A stretch of 64,000 nt of DNA from positions 1,024,001-1,088,000 of the forward strand of contig OZ220089.1 of NCBI GenBank assembly GCA_964291625.2, read 5' to 3'. The position numbers and the translations under genes are program-made. Positions 44,499-56,700 of this stretch are shown here, in pieces; positions within the stretch are counted from its first letter, which is position 1; each line of letters opens with the position of its first letter. The notes beneath the pieces were generated by a model. It had not been told where the DNA came from. It worked only from the letters and a program-made list of their open reading frames with translations, and made no database searches. The DNA is from Candidatus Latescibacterota bacterium (GTDB taxonomy: Bacteria > Latescibacterota > UBA2968 > UBA8231).

Positions 44499-45892
44499 CC
44501 CTCGGGCCCGGCCTCGGCCAGGATCTCCCTGGCCTGCAGGAGCTGGCGCTCCACGGCGGCCGGGCCCGTGCCGCCGTCGAGGTTGCGCCGGTCCAGGCTC
44601 GCCTCGAGGCCCAGGCGCCCCAGGGCCTTCTCGTCGAAGGCCGGATGGTGAGACTGCAGATCGGCCAGGGTCAGGTCGGTGAGCCCGCATCCCCTGTCGG
44701 ACGCCTCACGGACCACGGCCCCCACCGCCCGGTGCGCCTCCCGGAAGGGCTCCCCCGCCTCCACGAGGAAGTCGGCCAGCTCGGTGGCCAGGGCCCCGGC
44801 GTCGACGGCCCTGGCCATCCTGCCGGCGTTCACCTTCATCGTCTCCCAGGCCGAGGCGAAGACCTCGAGGCAGTCGGAGGCCGTGTCGAAGGCGTCGAAG
44901 ACCGGCTCCTTGTCCTCCTGCAGATCCTTGCCGTAGGTCAGGCCGAGGCCCTTCATCGCCGTGAGCAGAGAGACCAGATCCCCGTACACGCGCCCCGTCT
45001 TGCCGCGCACCAGCTCCAGGGAGTCGGGGTTCTTCTTCTGGGGCATCATGCTCGAGCCGGTGGCCCAGGCGTCGTCGAGCTCGACGAACCCGAACTCCGC
45101 CGAGGAGAACAGGACCAGGTCCTCGCAGTAGCGGCTCAGGTGCATCATCAGGATCGAGAGCGCCGCCAGGGCCTCGAGGAGGAAGTCGCGGTCCGAGACC
45201 GCGTCCAGGCTGTTCGGGGTCACCCCCGAGAACCCCAGCTCCCGCGCCATGAACTCCCGGTCGAGGGCGAAGGCGGAACCCGCCAGGGCGCCGGAGCCGA
45301 GGGGCATGCGGTCGCTGCGGCCCTGGGCGTCCCCGAGCCGCCCCAGGTCCCGCTCCAGGGCCCAGAACAGGGACAGGGCGTAGTGGGCGAACACGATCGG
45401 CTGGGCCTGCTGCAGGTGCGTGTACCCCGGCAGCACCGTCTTGCGGTGCTCTTCCGCGGAGGCCACCAGGACCGCCTGCAGCCGGCGGATGCGCCCGCCG
45501 ACGGCGGCGGCGGCGGCGCGCAGGTAGAGGCGCTCGTCGAGACTGACCTGGTCATTGCGGCTGCGGCCGGCGTGCAGCTTGCCCCCCAGGGGCCCGAGGA
45601 TCCCGGTGAGCCGGGCCTCGACGGCCATGTGCACGTCCTCCAGGCCCGGGTCCCACTCGTGGCCGGGCGCTGAGAGCTCCCGCAGGACCTGGTCGAGGCC
45701 CTCGAGGAGGCGGGCGCACTCCGGCGTTGTCAGCAGGCCCGCACGCTCCAGGGCGCGGGCGTAGACCTTGCTGCCGGCGACGTCGACCTCCAGCAGGCGG
45801 CGGTCGAAGCCGATGGAGGCGTTGAAGCGCTCCATCAGCCTGGCCGTGGCCCCGGAGAACCGGCCGCCCCATGCCTTCTCGGAACCGGACAT
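44495..45892 (-). CDS. argH: Argininosuccinate lyase
   Basis: WGGRF, GRSRNDQ, PGYTHLQQAQP and GSSMMPQKKNPD. Confidence 0.97.
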   Translation of the reverse strand: MSGSEKAWGGRFSGATARLMERFNASIGFDRRLLEVDVAGSKVYARALERAGLLTTPECARLLEGLDQVLRELSAPGHEWDPGLEDVHMAVEARLTGILGPLGGKLHAGRSRNDQVSLDERLYLRAAAAAVGGRIRRLQAVLVASAEEHRKTVLPGYTHLQQAQPIVFAHYALSLFWALERDLGRLGDAQGRSDRMPLGSGALAGSAFALDREFMARELGFSGVTPNSLDAVSDRDFLLEALAALSILMMHLSRYCEDLVLFSSAEFGFVELDDAWATGSSMMPQKKNPDSLELVRGKTGRVYGDLVSLLTAMKGLGLTYGKDLQEDKEPVFDAFDTASDCLEVFASAWETMKVNAGRMARAVDAGALATELADFLVEAGEPFREAHRAVGAVVREASDRGCGLTDLTLADLQSHHPAFDEKALGRLGLEASLDRRNLDGGTGPAAVERQLLQAREILAEAGPEG

Positions 45893-45908
45893 GATCGGCG
45901 CGGCGGGA

Positions 45909-47105
45909 CTAGCTCTGCCGCAGGATCTCGTCGAAGACGTCGATGACCTGGTCGATGCGGTCCTCGTCGACGATCAGCGGCGGCAGGAAGCGCACCATGT
46001 CCGCCCCGCAGGGCGCCACCAGGATCTCGCGCTCCCGGAAGTCGGCCAGGTAGTCGGCGCCCGGCCGGTCGGTGACCACCGCCGCCTGGATGAGACCCCG
46101 GCCGCGGAGCTCGGAGATCCGCTCCGGCCAGCGCTGCTGCAGCTTCTCAAGCCCCGTCCGCAGCCGCTGGCCCCGGCTGGCCACACCCTCGATGAAGCCG
46201 TCGGCGGTGATCTTGCCGAGCACCGCCAGGGCCACGTTGGCCACCACCGGATTGGCGCCGAAGGTGGCGGCGTGGTCCCCCGGCTCCACGGCGTCGGCCA
46301 CCCTCTGGGTCATCAGGGTGGCGCCGATGGGCAGCCCGCCGCCGAGGGCCTTGGCCAGGGTCATCACATCCGGCTCCACCCCGTACTGCTGGTAGGCCCA
46401 CAGCGAGCCCGTCCGTCCCATGCCCACCTGGATCTCGTCGAAGGCGAGCAGCAGACCGCGGTCGTCGCACAGCTTGCGCAGCCCCTGCAGGAACTCATCG
46501 GTGGCCACGTGGACTCCGCCCTCGCCCTGGATCGGCTCGACGAGGACGGCGCAAGTCTCGTCGTCGACGAGGGCCTCCACCGAGGACAGGTCGTTGAAGT
46601 CGGCGAAGCCGACGCCTGGAAGGAGCGGGCCGAAGCCCTCCTGGTAGCGCGGCTGTCCGGTGGTGGAGAGGGAGCCGAGGGTGCGCCCGTGGAAGGAGTT
46701 GCGGAAGGCGATCAGCTTGTGGCGCCCGCCGGAGGTGTGGCCCCACTTGCGGCAGAACTTCAGCGCCGCCTCCCAGGCCTCGGTGCCGCTGTTGCAGAAG
46801 AACACGCGGTCGGCGAAGGAGCTCTCCACCAGACTCTTCGCCAGGCGGGTGGAGGGCACGGTGTGGTAGAGGTTGGAGACGTGCATGAGCTGCGCCGACT
46901 GCTGCTCGATCGCCTTGAGGACGTCGTAGTCGCCGTACCCGAGGGCGTTGACCGCCAGACCGCTGACGAAGTCGAGGTAGCGGTTGCCGTCGAGGTCGAA
47001 GAGGTAGACGCCGTTGCCGCGCTCCAGGACGAAATCGGGCCGGCCATAGGTCTGCAGGATGTACCTGTGTTCCTGCTCGATGAGGTTGTCGGTCTTTATC
47101 GTCAT
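45909..47105 (-). CDS. argD: Acetylornithine aminotransferase
   Basis: NSGTEA, FHGRT, EPIQGEGG, DEIQVG and AKALGGG; lies in the arg operon. Confidence 0.93.
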   Translation of the reverse strand: MTIKTDNLIEQEHRYILQTYGRPDFVLERGNGVYLFDLDGNRYLDFVSGLAVNALGYGDYDVLKAIEQQSAQLMHVSNLYHTVPSTRLAKSLVESSFADRVFFCNSGTEAWEAALKFCRKWGHTSGGRHKLIAFRNSFHGRTLGSLSTTGQPRYQEGFGPLLPGVGFADFNDLSSVEALVDDETCAVLVEPIQGEGGVHVATDEFLQGLRKLCDDRGLLLAFDEIQVGMGRTGSLWAYQQYGVEPDVMTLAKALGGGLPIGATLMTQRVADAVEPGDHAATFGANPVVANVALAVLGKITADGFIEGVASRGQRLRTGLEKLQQRWPERISELRGRGLIQAAVVTDRPGADYLADFREREILVAPCGADMVRFLPPLIVDEDRIDQVIDVFDEILRQS

Positions 47106-47120
47106 CTTCCCCTCTTTCCG

Positions 47121-47999
47121 CTAACGGAGGATTTGCGAACCCACGCCCTCGTCGGTGAAGAACTCGAGGAGCAGGGAGTGGGGGATGCGTCCGTCCACGA
47201 TATGGGTCTTGCGCACTCCGGCTCGAACCGAGCGCACGCCGGCGCGCGCCTTGGGGATCATCCCCCCCTGGAGCACGCCGGTATCGATCAGGCCCTGCAC
47301 CTCGTCCACGCGCACCGTGGAGATCAGGCTCGACTCGTCGGCGGGATTCTCGAGGATCCCGGTGACGTCGGTGAGGAAGACGAGCTTCTCCGCCCCCAGG
47401 GCTGCGGCGATCTCTCCCGCCGCGGTGTCGGCGTTGACGTTGTAGGCCTCGCCGTCCTCCCCCCGGCCGATGGGAGCCACCACGGGGATCGTCTCGCCGT
47501 CGATCAACTCCCGCAGCGGCGCCGCGTCGACGCGGACCACATCGCCCACGAAGCCCAGGTCCACGGGGCCTTCCCGGGTCTGGGCCACATGGGGGCGTAC
47601 GTGGAGCACGCCGGCCTCGCGGGCCGAGAGGCCGCGCCCGCGCCCCCCGAGGGATTCGATCCCTTCCACCAGACCGCTGTTGATCTCCCCCGCCAGGACC
47701 TCCTCCACCACCTTCATCGTCTCGCGGTCGGTGATGCGCAGGCCGTTGACCCGCCGGGTCTCCACCTTGCGCTCGCGCAGGCGCCGGTCGATGGCGGGGC
47801 CCCCTCCGTGGACGACGACCGGATTGATGCCCACGTGCTCCATGAAGACGAGGTCCCGCAGGACCGTGTCGGCGCCGCCCTCCGGGGCCAGGGTGCTGCC
47901 CCCGTACTTGACGACCACGGTCCTGCCGCGGAAGGCCTGGATGTACGGTAGCGCCTCGGCCAGGACCGACGCCTTGTCGATGTAGCTCTGAAGCTCCAT
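47121..47999 (-). CDS. argB: Acetylglutamate kinase
   Basis: EALPYI...VKYGG, VHGGGP, NVNAD and GGMIPK. Confidence 0.95.
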   Translation of the reverse strand: MELQSYIDKASVLAEALPYIQAFRGRTVVVKYGGSTLAPEGGADTVLRDLVFMEHVGINPVVVHGGGPAIDRRLRERKVETRRVNGLRITDRETMKVVEEVLAGEINSGLVEGIESLGGRGRGLSAREAGVLHVRPHVAQTREGPVDLGFVGDVVRVDAAPLRELIDGETIPVVAPIGRGEDGEAYNVNADTAAGEIAAALGAEKLVFLTDVTGILENPADESSLISTVRVDEVQGLIDTGVLQGGMIPKARAGVRSVRAGVRKTHIVDGRIPHSLLLEFFTDEGVGSQILR

Positions 48000-48007
48000 C
48001 GGCGGAC

Positions 48008-48481
48008 CTATCCGTCCCCCTCCTGGCCGCCGATGGCGGTGACCCGCCGCACCACGGCGCGCGCCTCGGAGGCGGTGCGGGCGAGGACGAAGATCGTGTT
48101 CTCGCCGGCCAGGGTTCCCATCACCTCGGCCCACTCCAGTCGATCGACGGCCTCGCACACGGCCTGGGCATGGCCCGAGAGCGTCCGGATGACCGTCATG
48201 TTGCCGGCCCGGTCGACGCCGGTCACGTAGTCGCGCAGCTCGCGCTCGAAGACGCCGCGGTCGTTGTAGGCTCCCCGGCCCTCCGGCAGGGAATAGCGGA
48301 AGCCGCCGCCGGCGCGGGGAACGCGCACGACACCGAGCTCGCGCAAGTCCTTGGAGAGGGTGGACTGGCTGACCTCGATGCCCCGGCGCGCCAGCGCCTC
48401 CGCAAGGCGCTCGTGGGTGTCGATGCGTTCGGCCTGCAGCAACTCCCGGATCGTTCCCTGGCGGACTCTTCGGGTATTCAC
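48008..48481 (-). CDS. argR: Arginine repressor
   Basis: RQGTIRELL, VSQSTLSKDLREL and GTLAGENTIF; GTG start at 48481. Confidence 0.9.
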   Translation of the reverse strand: MNTRRVRQGTIRELLQAERIDTHERLAEALARRGIEVSQSTLSKDLRELGVVRVPRAGGGFRYSLPEGRGAYNDRGVFERELRDYVTGVDRAGNMTVIRTLSGHAQAVCEAVDRLEWAEVMGTLAGENTIFVLARTASEARAVVRRVTAIGGQEGDG

Positions 48482-48483
48482 GG

Positions 48484-48522
48484 CTTGAATAACTATTCTC
48501 TTTTTTTGAATAAGTATGCAAT
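48484..48522. promoter_or_regulatory. Tandem ARG boxes (ArgR operator)
   Basis: cTTGAATAACTATTCTct (48484-48501) and tTTGAATAAGTATGCAat (48505-48522) are 3 bp apart, matching the TGAAT-W4-ATTCA consensus and canonical spacing. Confidence 0.85.
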
Positions 48523-48547
48523 ATAACCCGCTTCCACCGACTGTCAA
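48520..48547 (-). promoter_or_regulatory. sigma70 promoter of the arg operon
   Basis: TTGACA-N16-TATATT on the minus strand. The -35 overlaps the cdaA stop and the -10 abuts the ARG box. Confidence 0.7.
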
Positions 48548-49368
48548 TCACCGGAGGAGCGGCGCTTCCGGCCCGCCGCTTCCCGCGGAGAGAGCAGCTC
48601 CGACAGCCGCTGCTTCAGCTCCGGACCGTCGAGGCCGCGCACGAGCCCGCCGCCGACGGTGATCGAGATCGCCCGGGTCTCCTCGGAGACCACGATCGTC
48701 ACCGCGTCGGTCTCCTGGGAGAGGCCGAGGGCGGCGCGGTGGCGCGTTCCCAGACGCTGGTCCTCCACCTCCTCCGCCAGGGGCAGAGTGCAGCGGGCGG
48801 CGATGAGGGACTCCCCCTGGATGACCACCGCCTGATCGTGCAGGGGCGAGCGCGGCGTGAAGATGGCGGTGAGCAGATCGGCGGAGACCTGGGCGTTGAT
48901 GGGCACCCCCGACTCGACGACCCCTCCCAGGCCCGCCTCGCGGCCGAGGACGATCAGGGCGCCGTAGCCGCGCTCGGCCAGTTGCACCGATCCGTTGACG
49001 ACCTGGTCGATCACGCGCGACGGCTCGGTCTTGTAGAACCAGCTGAGGAGGGGGCTCTGGCCGATGGCCAGCAGGAGCCGGCGCAGCTCGGGCTGAAAGA
49101 GGATGACGAGCAGGATCAGGAGGATCGACTGCACCTGCTCCAGCATCCACGCCAGGGCCATCATCTCATGCTCCTGCCATCGCGCCGCCAGGGCCACGGA
49201 GACGAGCAGGAAGAGGCCGACGAGCATGTGGGCTCCGCGGTTGCCGCGGACCAGGGTGAGCAGCCGGTAGATGATCAGGGTGACGATCAGGAAGTCGAGG
49301 ACCGACACCACCGTCACCGGGATGAACCCGAAGAGCTTGAAGAGGACGAGGCTGTCGCTCTGGATCAC
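48544..49368 (-). CDS. cdaA: Diadenylate cyclase CdaA/DacA
   Basis: Three N-terminal transmembrane helices, FQPELRR, PLHDQAV (canonical DGA) and GTRHRAA; follows folP. Confidence 0.88.
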   Translation of the reverse strand: MIQSDSLVLFKLFGFIPVTVVSVLDFLIVTLIIYRLLTLVRGNRGAHMLVGLFLLVSVALAARWQEHEMMALAWMLEQVQSILLILLVILFQPELRRLLLAIGQSPLLSWFYKTEPSRVIDQVVNGSVQLAERGYGALIVLGREAGLGGVVESGVPINAQVSADLLTAIFTPRSPLHDQAVVIQGESLIAARCTLPLAEEVEDQRLGTRHRAALGLSQETDAVTIVVSEETRAISITVGGGLVRGLDGPELKQRLSELLSPREAAGRKRRSSGD

Positions 49369-50203
49369 GGGGCCGCCTCCAGAAGGCGCACGGCGCGGAC
49401 CGTCTCCTTCACGTCGTGAACGCGCAGGGCCCGGGCCCCGTGAATGACGGCGAGGACCCCCGCCGCCAGGCTGGCTTCGAGGGCGTCGTCGGGTGTGAGA
49501 CCCATCGGCTTCCACAGGAAGGACTTGCGCGACGCCCCCACGACCACGGGGCAACCCCTCACCGAGAACGACCCCGCCCGGCGCAGGAGCTGGTGGTTGC
49601 CGGCGAAGGACTTGCCGAAGCCGATCCCCGGGTCCACGGCGACGCGCTTGGCGGGAATTCCGTGGCGGCCGGCATGATCGACCCGGCCCTGGAGGTATTC
49701 GGCGACCTCACCGGTCAGGTCGTCGTAGTGGGTGTTCCGCTGCATGGTGGCGGGGGTCCCGCGACGATGCATGAGGATCACGGGAGCGCCGGCCTCGGCC
49801 GCCGCTGGAGCCATCTCCTCGTCGTGGGTGAGGGCGCTGATGTCGTTGACGATGTCGGCGCCGGCGGCCAGCGCCTGGCGGGCGACCTCGGCCTTTACCG
49901 TGTCGACGGAGAGGGGGATGTCGCTGTGCCGCCGGATGGCCTCGATCACGGGCACGATTCGCCGCTCCTCCTCCGCCGCGGGCACCTCGGCCACCGGGCC
50001 GTAGAGCGGCGGCCGAGTGGACTCGCCGCCCACGTCGACGATGTCGGCGCCCGCCTCGGCCTGGGACAGGGCCCGCTCCACGGCCGCGGAGGGCTCGGAG
50101 TAGCGGCCGCCGTCGTAGAACGAATCCGGGGTCACGTTGAGGACCCCCATGACCTGCACCCGCTGGCGGAAGTCGATCCGCCGGCCCCCTGCCAGCTCCC
50201 AGA

Positions 50204-50207
<4 letters not shown>
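49365..50207 (-). CDS. folP: Dihydropteroate synthase
   Basis: MGVLNVTPDSFYDGG, GGESTRP, DPGIGFGK, SRKS and RVHDV. Confidence 0.95.
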
Positions 50208-52228
<2,021 letters not shown>

Positions 52229-52236
52229 CGGGGCTC

Positions 52237-53685
52237 CTAGGACTCGAACTCGAGGTAGAGGATTCGACGGCTGCCCGCCGCGACGCGATGTCGGTGGCTC
52301 CGGGCGAGACCGGCGACCCAGAGGATCTCCTCTTCGGCGCCCGGGGTGTGCGGCCTGTGGGTCAGCAGCAGGGCCTCGGGCCGGAGGATCCTCGGCCATT
52401 TGGCGTCGATGAAGCAGTCGCTGAGCTTCTTGTGACGCCCCTTCATGCCCAGGGGTTGCAGGCGATCGCCGGGCCGCGGACTGCGCAACGACAATTCCCC
52501 CTCCGCCGCCCCGGCGTCGAAGGCGGCGCGCCAGCCGTCCAGGGACGGCCGAACTTCGTCGAACCGCGCCGGATCGAGGAACCGCGCCTCGAGGTTGACC
52601 CCGCGCTCCGGGACCTGGGTGCGCCCCGGGAGTTCGACTCTGGCGTGGATACGGGAGGCCGGGCCGCGACGGAGGATCAGGCTGGCGTCGGTTCCCTGCA
52701 CCCACAGACCGCCGGCGATCGACCGCAGGCCCGAGCCCATGGCCGCCGCCTCGGAGGCCGCTTCCACGGCTGCCCGGGAGACCGGGACGTGTTGCGCAAG
52801 CTCTTGAATATACTGACGTAACACGCGCCGCCGGACGGCCCTATGATAGCCGAGCAGACGTCCGGCATCAAGTGTGACCCCCTCCGGGTCCCGGCGCACC
52901 AGGGCCTGCCTCGCCGCCTTGCGGGCGACGCCGTCGAGATAGTCGTCCTCGTCGCGCAGCAACGAGGCGGTACGCGACAGGACATCGACCACGGCGGGGT
53001 TGAGGTGCCGTCTCAGGCTCGGCAGCAACTCGTGGCGCACCCGGTTCCGGGGCACCGCCAGGTCGCGGTTGCCGGCATCCTCGCGGAACTCGATGCCCTC
53101 CCGGGAGGCGTAGTCGCGGATCTGCGCCCGGGTGGCGGCCAGCAGTGGACGGAGGACGCCGGGGGCGCGCACCGGGGACATGGCCCCGAGCCCCGCGGGA
53201 CCCGCACCCCGGAGCAGGCGCAGGAGGAGGGTCTCGGCCTGATCGTCGGCGTGATGGGCGACGGCCACCCACCGGCACCCGGACTGCCGCCGGACCCGCT
53301 CGAACAGTGCGTACCGGGCCTCCCGGCCCTCCTCTTCCAGGGACCGCCCGGACTGCCGGGCCTCTCCGGCGACGTCGACGGCCTCGACCGTGACCAGCAG
53401 ACCGCGACTCTCGGCGGCGGCGGCCACGAAGCGGGCGTCCTCGGCGGATTCCGCGCGCAACCGGTGATCCAGATGGGCGACGTGCAGGTGCAGCCGGCGG
53501 GATTCGTGGGTGCGGTGCAGGAGGTCCAGCAGGACCATGGAGTCGAGGCCGCCCGAGACGGCGGCGACGATGCCGTCTCCAGGGGCAACCCCGGCCTCCC
53601 CCAAGGCGTGATCGAGGACGGCCTCCAGGTCCTTCTGGGGTCCGCTGGCTGGGCTCATGGTCAAGTCCGGGTGGGCGGCGGCCAC
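52237..53685 (-). CDS. tilS: tRNA(Ile)-lysidine synthetase
   Basis: AVSGGLDS, HLDHRLR, AHHADDQAET, RPLL, RNRVRH and a C-terminal TilS_C region. Start may be ATG 53658. Confidence 0.93.
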   Translation of the reverse strand: MAAAHPDLTMSPASGPQKDLEAVLDHALGEAGVAPGDGIVAAVSGGLDSMVLLDLLHRTHESRRLHLHVAHLDHRLRAESAEDARFVAAAAESRGLLVTVEAVDVAGEARQSGRSLEEEGREARYALFERVRRQSGCRWVAVAHHADDQAETLLLRLLRGAGPAGLGAMSPVRAPGVLRPLLAATRAQIRDYASREGIEFREDAGNRDLAVPRNRVRHELLPSLRRHLNPAVVDVLSRTASLLRDEDDYLDGVARKAARQALVRRDPEGVTLDAGRLLGYHRAVRRRVLRQYIQELAQHVPVSRAAVEAASEAAAMGSGLRSIAGGLWVQGTDASLILRRGPASRIHARVELPGRTQVPERGVNLEARFLDPARFDEVRPSLDGWRAAFDAGAAEGELSLRSPRPGDRLQPLGMKGRHKKLSDCFIDAKWPRILRPEALLLTHRPHTPGAEEEILWVAGLARSHRHRVAAGSRRILYLEFES

Positions 53686-53718
53686 GCCCTACCCCCCTGG
53701 GGCCGCCCCCGGCCTAGA

Positions 53719-56700
53719 TCATTCGGCGACCGTGATCCCGAGCGGCTCGGTCCAATCGCTGACACGGTCGTCGATGTCGACCGCCCGCACACGGTAGTAG
53801 TAGGTCTGGCCGCGCCTCACGGTGTTGTCTTCCCGGGTGGTGCTGAACTCGTGGGGCAGGATCTCGGTGTAGTCGCCGTCCCGGGTGCTGTCGGCTACCG
53901 TCGTCCGCTGCACCTCGTAGTGCAGGATGGCACCCTTCGACGCCGTCCAGGTGATCGTCACCACGGGCCGGTCGTTGGAATTGGACGGGGTGGCCGCGAC
54001 GAGCCGCACGTGGGTAGGCCTCTCGACGCCGCCCGTAGTCGCCTCGGCGGTCTCGGACCTCGGTCCCACGTTGCCCTCCGCATCGAAGGCCTGCACCTGG
54101 TAGTAGTAGGTGGTCTGTTGCGACAGGGCCGTGTCGACGAAGGTGCTCGCCACGCTCGAGTCGACCGTCGCGAACTCGCCGCCCTCCTCGTCGGCGCGGT
54201 AGATGATGTAGCCACTCACGCCGGTGAGCCTGCTCCCGTCCTCGTCGCGCCTCGGGGGCCGCCAGGACAGCTCAAGCTCGTCGGGATGCTCCGGCACCGG
54301 CCGCCCCGTGACCTGGGAGGGTGCTTCGGGCGCCTGGACATCCAGCAGGACGGTGGCGCCGCTGAAGGCGGAGGGCGCGCTCTCTCCGGAGGACGTCACC
54401 ACGGTGACACGGTAGTAGAGGACCAGTCCGCTCGTCAGGTTGGAGTCGATGTAGCTCGTCTGGCCGGTGGTGAAGGGCGTGCCCTCGGCGCCGGCGAGAC
54501 GCGCATACCCCTCGTCGGGCCGGCGGGAGCGATAGACGTTGTAGCCGAGCAGCTCGTCGTCGTCGCTGGGACTCCAGGTGAGGACGACGCGGCTCACCTC
54601 GCCGGCGGCGGAGACCGCGGCCGGCGAAGCGATCCCCGGGGTGGTGGCCGGCACGGCGGCGGCGCGAGGACTGACGTTGCCCGAGGCGTCGGCTGCGCTG
54701 ACGGAGTAGTAGTAGATCGTCGCCGGCTCGAGCCCGGAATCCGTGAAGGTGATCGATCCGGCATCGACCGTATCGACCGCGGTCAGGGCCTCCGGACCAT
54801 CCTCGGACCGGTAGACGATGAAGCTCCTCAATCCGGTCAGATCGCCGCCCCCAAGGTCGGTGCGAGGCCTGGTCCAGCGAAGGGACACCTCGGCCCGGTC
54901 TTCGTCGGCGATGGCCACGAGGCCGGTGGGGGTGTCCGGAGCCACATCGTCGGCCCCCGCGGTGCCGCTGACGATCACCGAGGGCTCGCCCTCGAACTGC
55001 GCGGTGACGGCCGTAACCCTGTAGTAGACCAACTCGCCGGCACCGAGGCTGGAGTCGACGAAGGTGGTGCGGCCCGTGCTGAACGTCTCTCCGCCGTCTC
55101 CCTCCAGGCGCGAGAAGGGCTCGTCCGGACGAGCCGCCCGGTACACGTTGTATCCGAGGAGGTCGCCATGGTCCACCGGCCCCCAGCTCAACTCGATGCG
55201 GCCGATGCCGTCCTCGACCGCCACATTCGCCGGAGCCGGTACTCCCGTCGTGGTCACCCGGACGGCGGCGGACGGGACGCTCTCGTTGCCGGCGCCGTCG
55301 ACCGCGATCAAGGCATAGCGGTAGGTCGTGAGCCCAGTCAGCCCGGAATCCTCGAAGCGGCGATCGTCCGAGCCAAGGGCGGCCGTGCGCACGAAGGAGC
55401 CCTCCCCTTCGGCGCGGAGCAGAATGAACCCCGACAGGCCGGTCAGTGGGCCTCCGTCCGAGTCTTGGGACGGGGCGCTCCAGCGCAGGGTGATCCGCGA
55501 AGGATCCGAGGGGACCGGCTCGGCTTCCACTCTCCGGGGCGCCCCCGGGGCCCGATCGTCCGCCAGCGACGTCGCCCCCACGAAACCCGACAGCTCGCTG
55601 CCCATCCCGTCCGTGCCCACCGAGCGCACCTTGTAGTAATAGCGCCGGCCTTCCGGCAGGTTGCCGTCCACGTAGCTCGTCAGACCCGTCGTGAACGACG
55701 TGTTCTCCGCCCCCGGCAAACGACGATACTCCCCGTCCGACGTCGACGAGCGATACACGTCGTAACCCGCCAACGACGGCTCCCCCACCGCCGTCCAGCT
55801 CAACTCGATCCGACCGATCCCCGAGTCCGCACGCAAGCCCGACGGAGACGCCAGACCCGACGTCGTCACCGACACCGAGGCGCTCGCCCGGCTCGTGTTC
55901 CCCGAACCGTCGAACGCCACCACGCTGTACGAATACGTCGTCCGGCTCTTCAGACCCGTGTCCCGATACTCCCGATCTGCCCGAGACAGCGTGTCCAACG
56001 CCACCGAGCCCCCCGACCCCTCCGAACGAAGCACCACGTACCCCGAAAGACCCGACAAAGACGAGCCCCCCGCGTCCGTCTCCGGAGCGCTCCAACGAAC
56101 CACCACCTCCCCCGCCGTCTCCGACGCTACCGCCGACACCGAATGAGGCGAATCCGGCGCCCGATCGTCCGAAAGCGACGTCGCCCCCACGAAGCCCGAC
56201 AGCTCGCTGCCCTCCCCGTCCGTGCCCACCGAGCGCACCTTGTAGTAATACCGCTGGCCCCCCGACAGGTTGCTGTCCACGTAGCTCGTCAGACCCGTCG
56301 TGAACGACGTGTTCTCCGCCCCCGGCAAACGACGATACTCCCCGTCCGACGTCGACGAGCGATACACGTCGTAACCCGCCAGCGACGGCTCCCCCACCGC
56401 CGTCCAGCTCAACTCGATCCGACCGATCCCCGAGTCCGCACGCAAGCCCGACGGAGACGCCAGACCCGACGTCGTCACCGACACCGAGGCGCTCGCCCGG
56501 CTCGTGTTCCCCGAACCGTCGAACGCCACCACGCTGTACGAATACGTCGTCCGGCTCTTCAGACCCGTGTCCCGATACTCCCGATCTGCCCGAGACAGCG
56601 TGTCCAACGCCACCGAGCCCCCCGACCCCTCCGAACGAAGCACCACGTACCCCGAAAGACCCGACAAAGACGAGCCCCCCGCGTCCGTCTCCGGAGCGCT

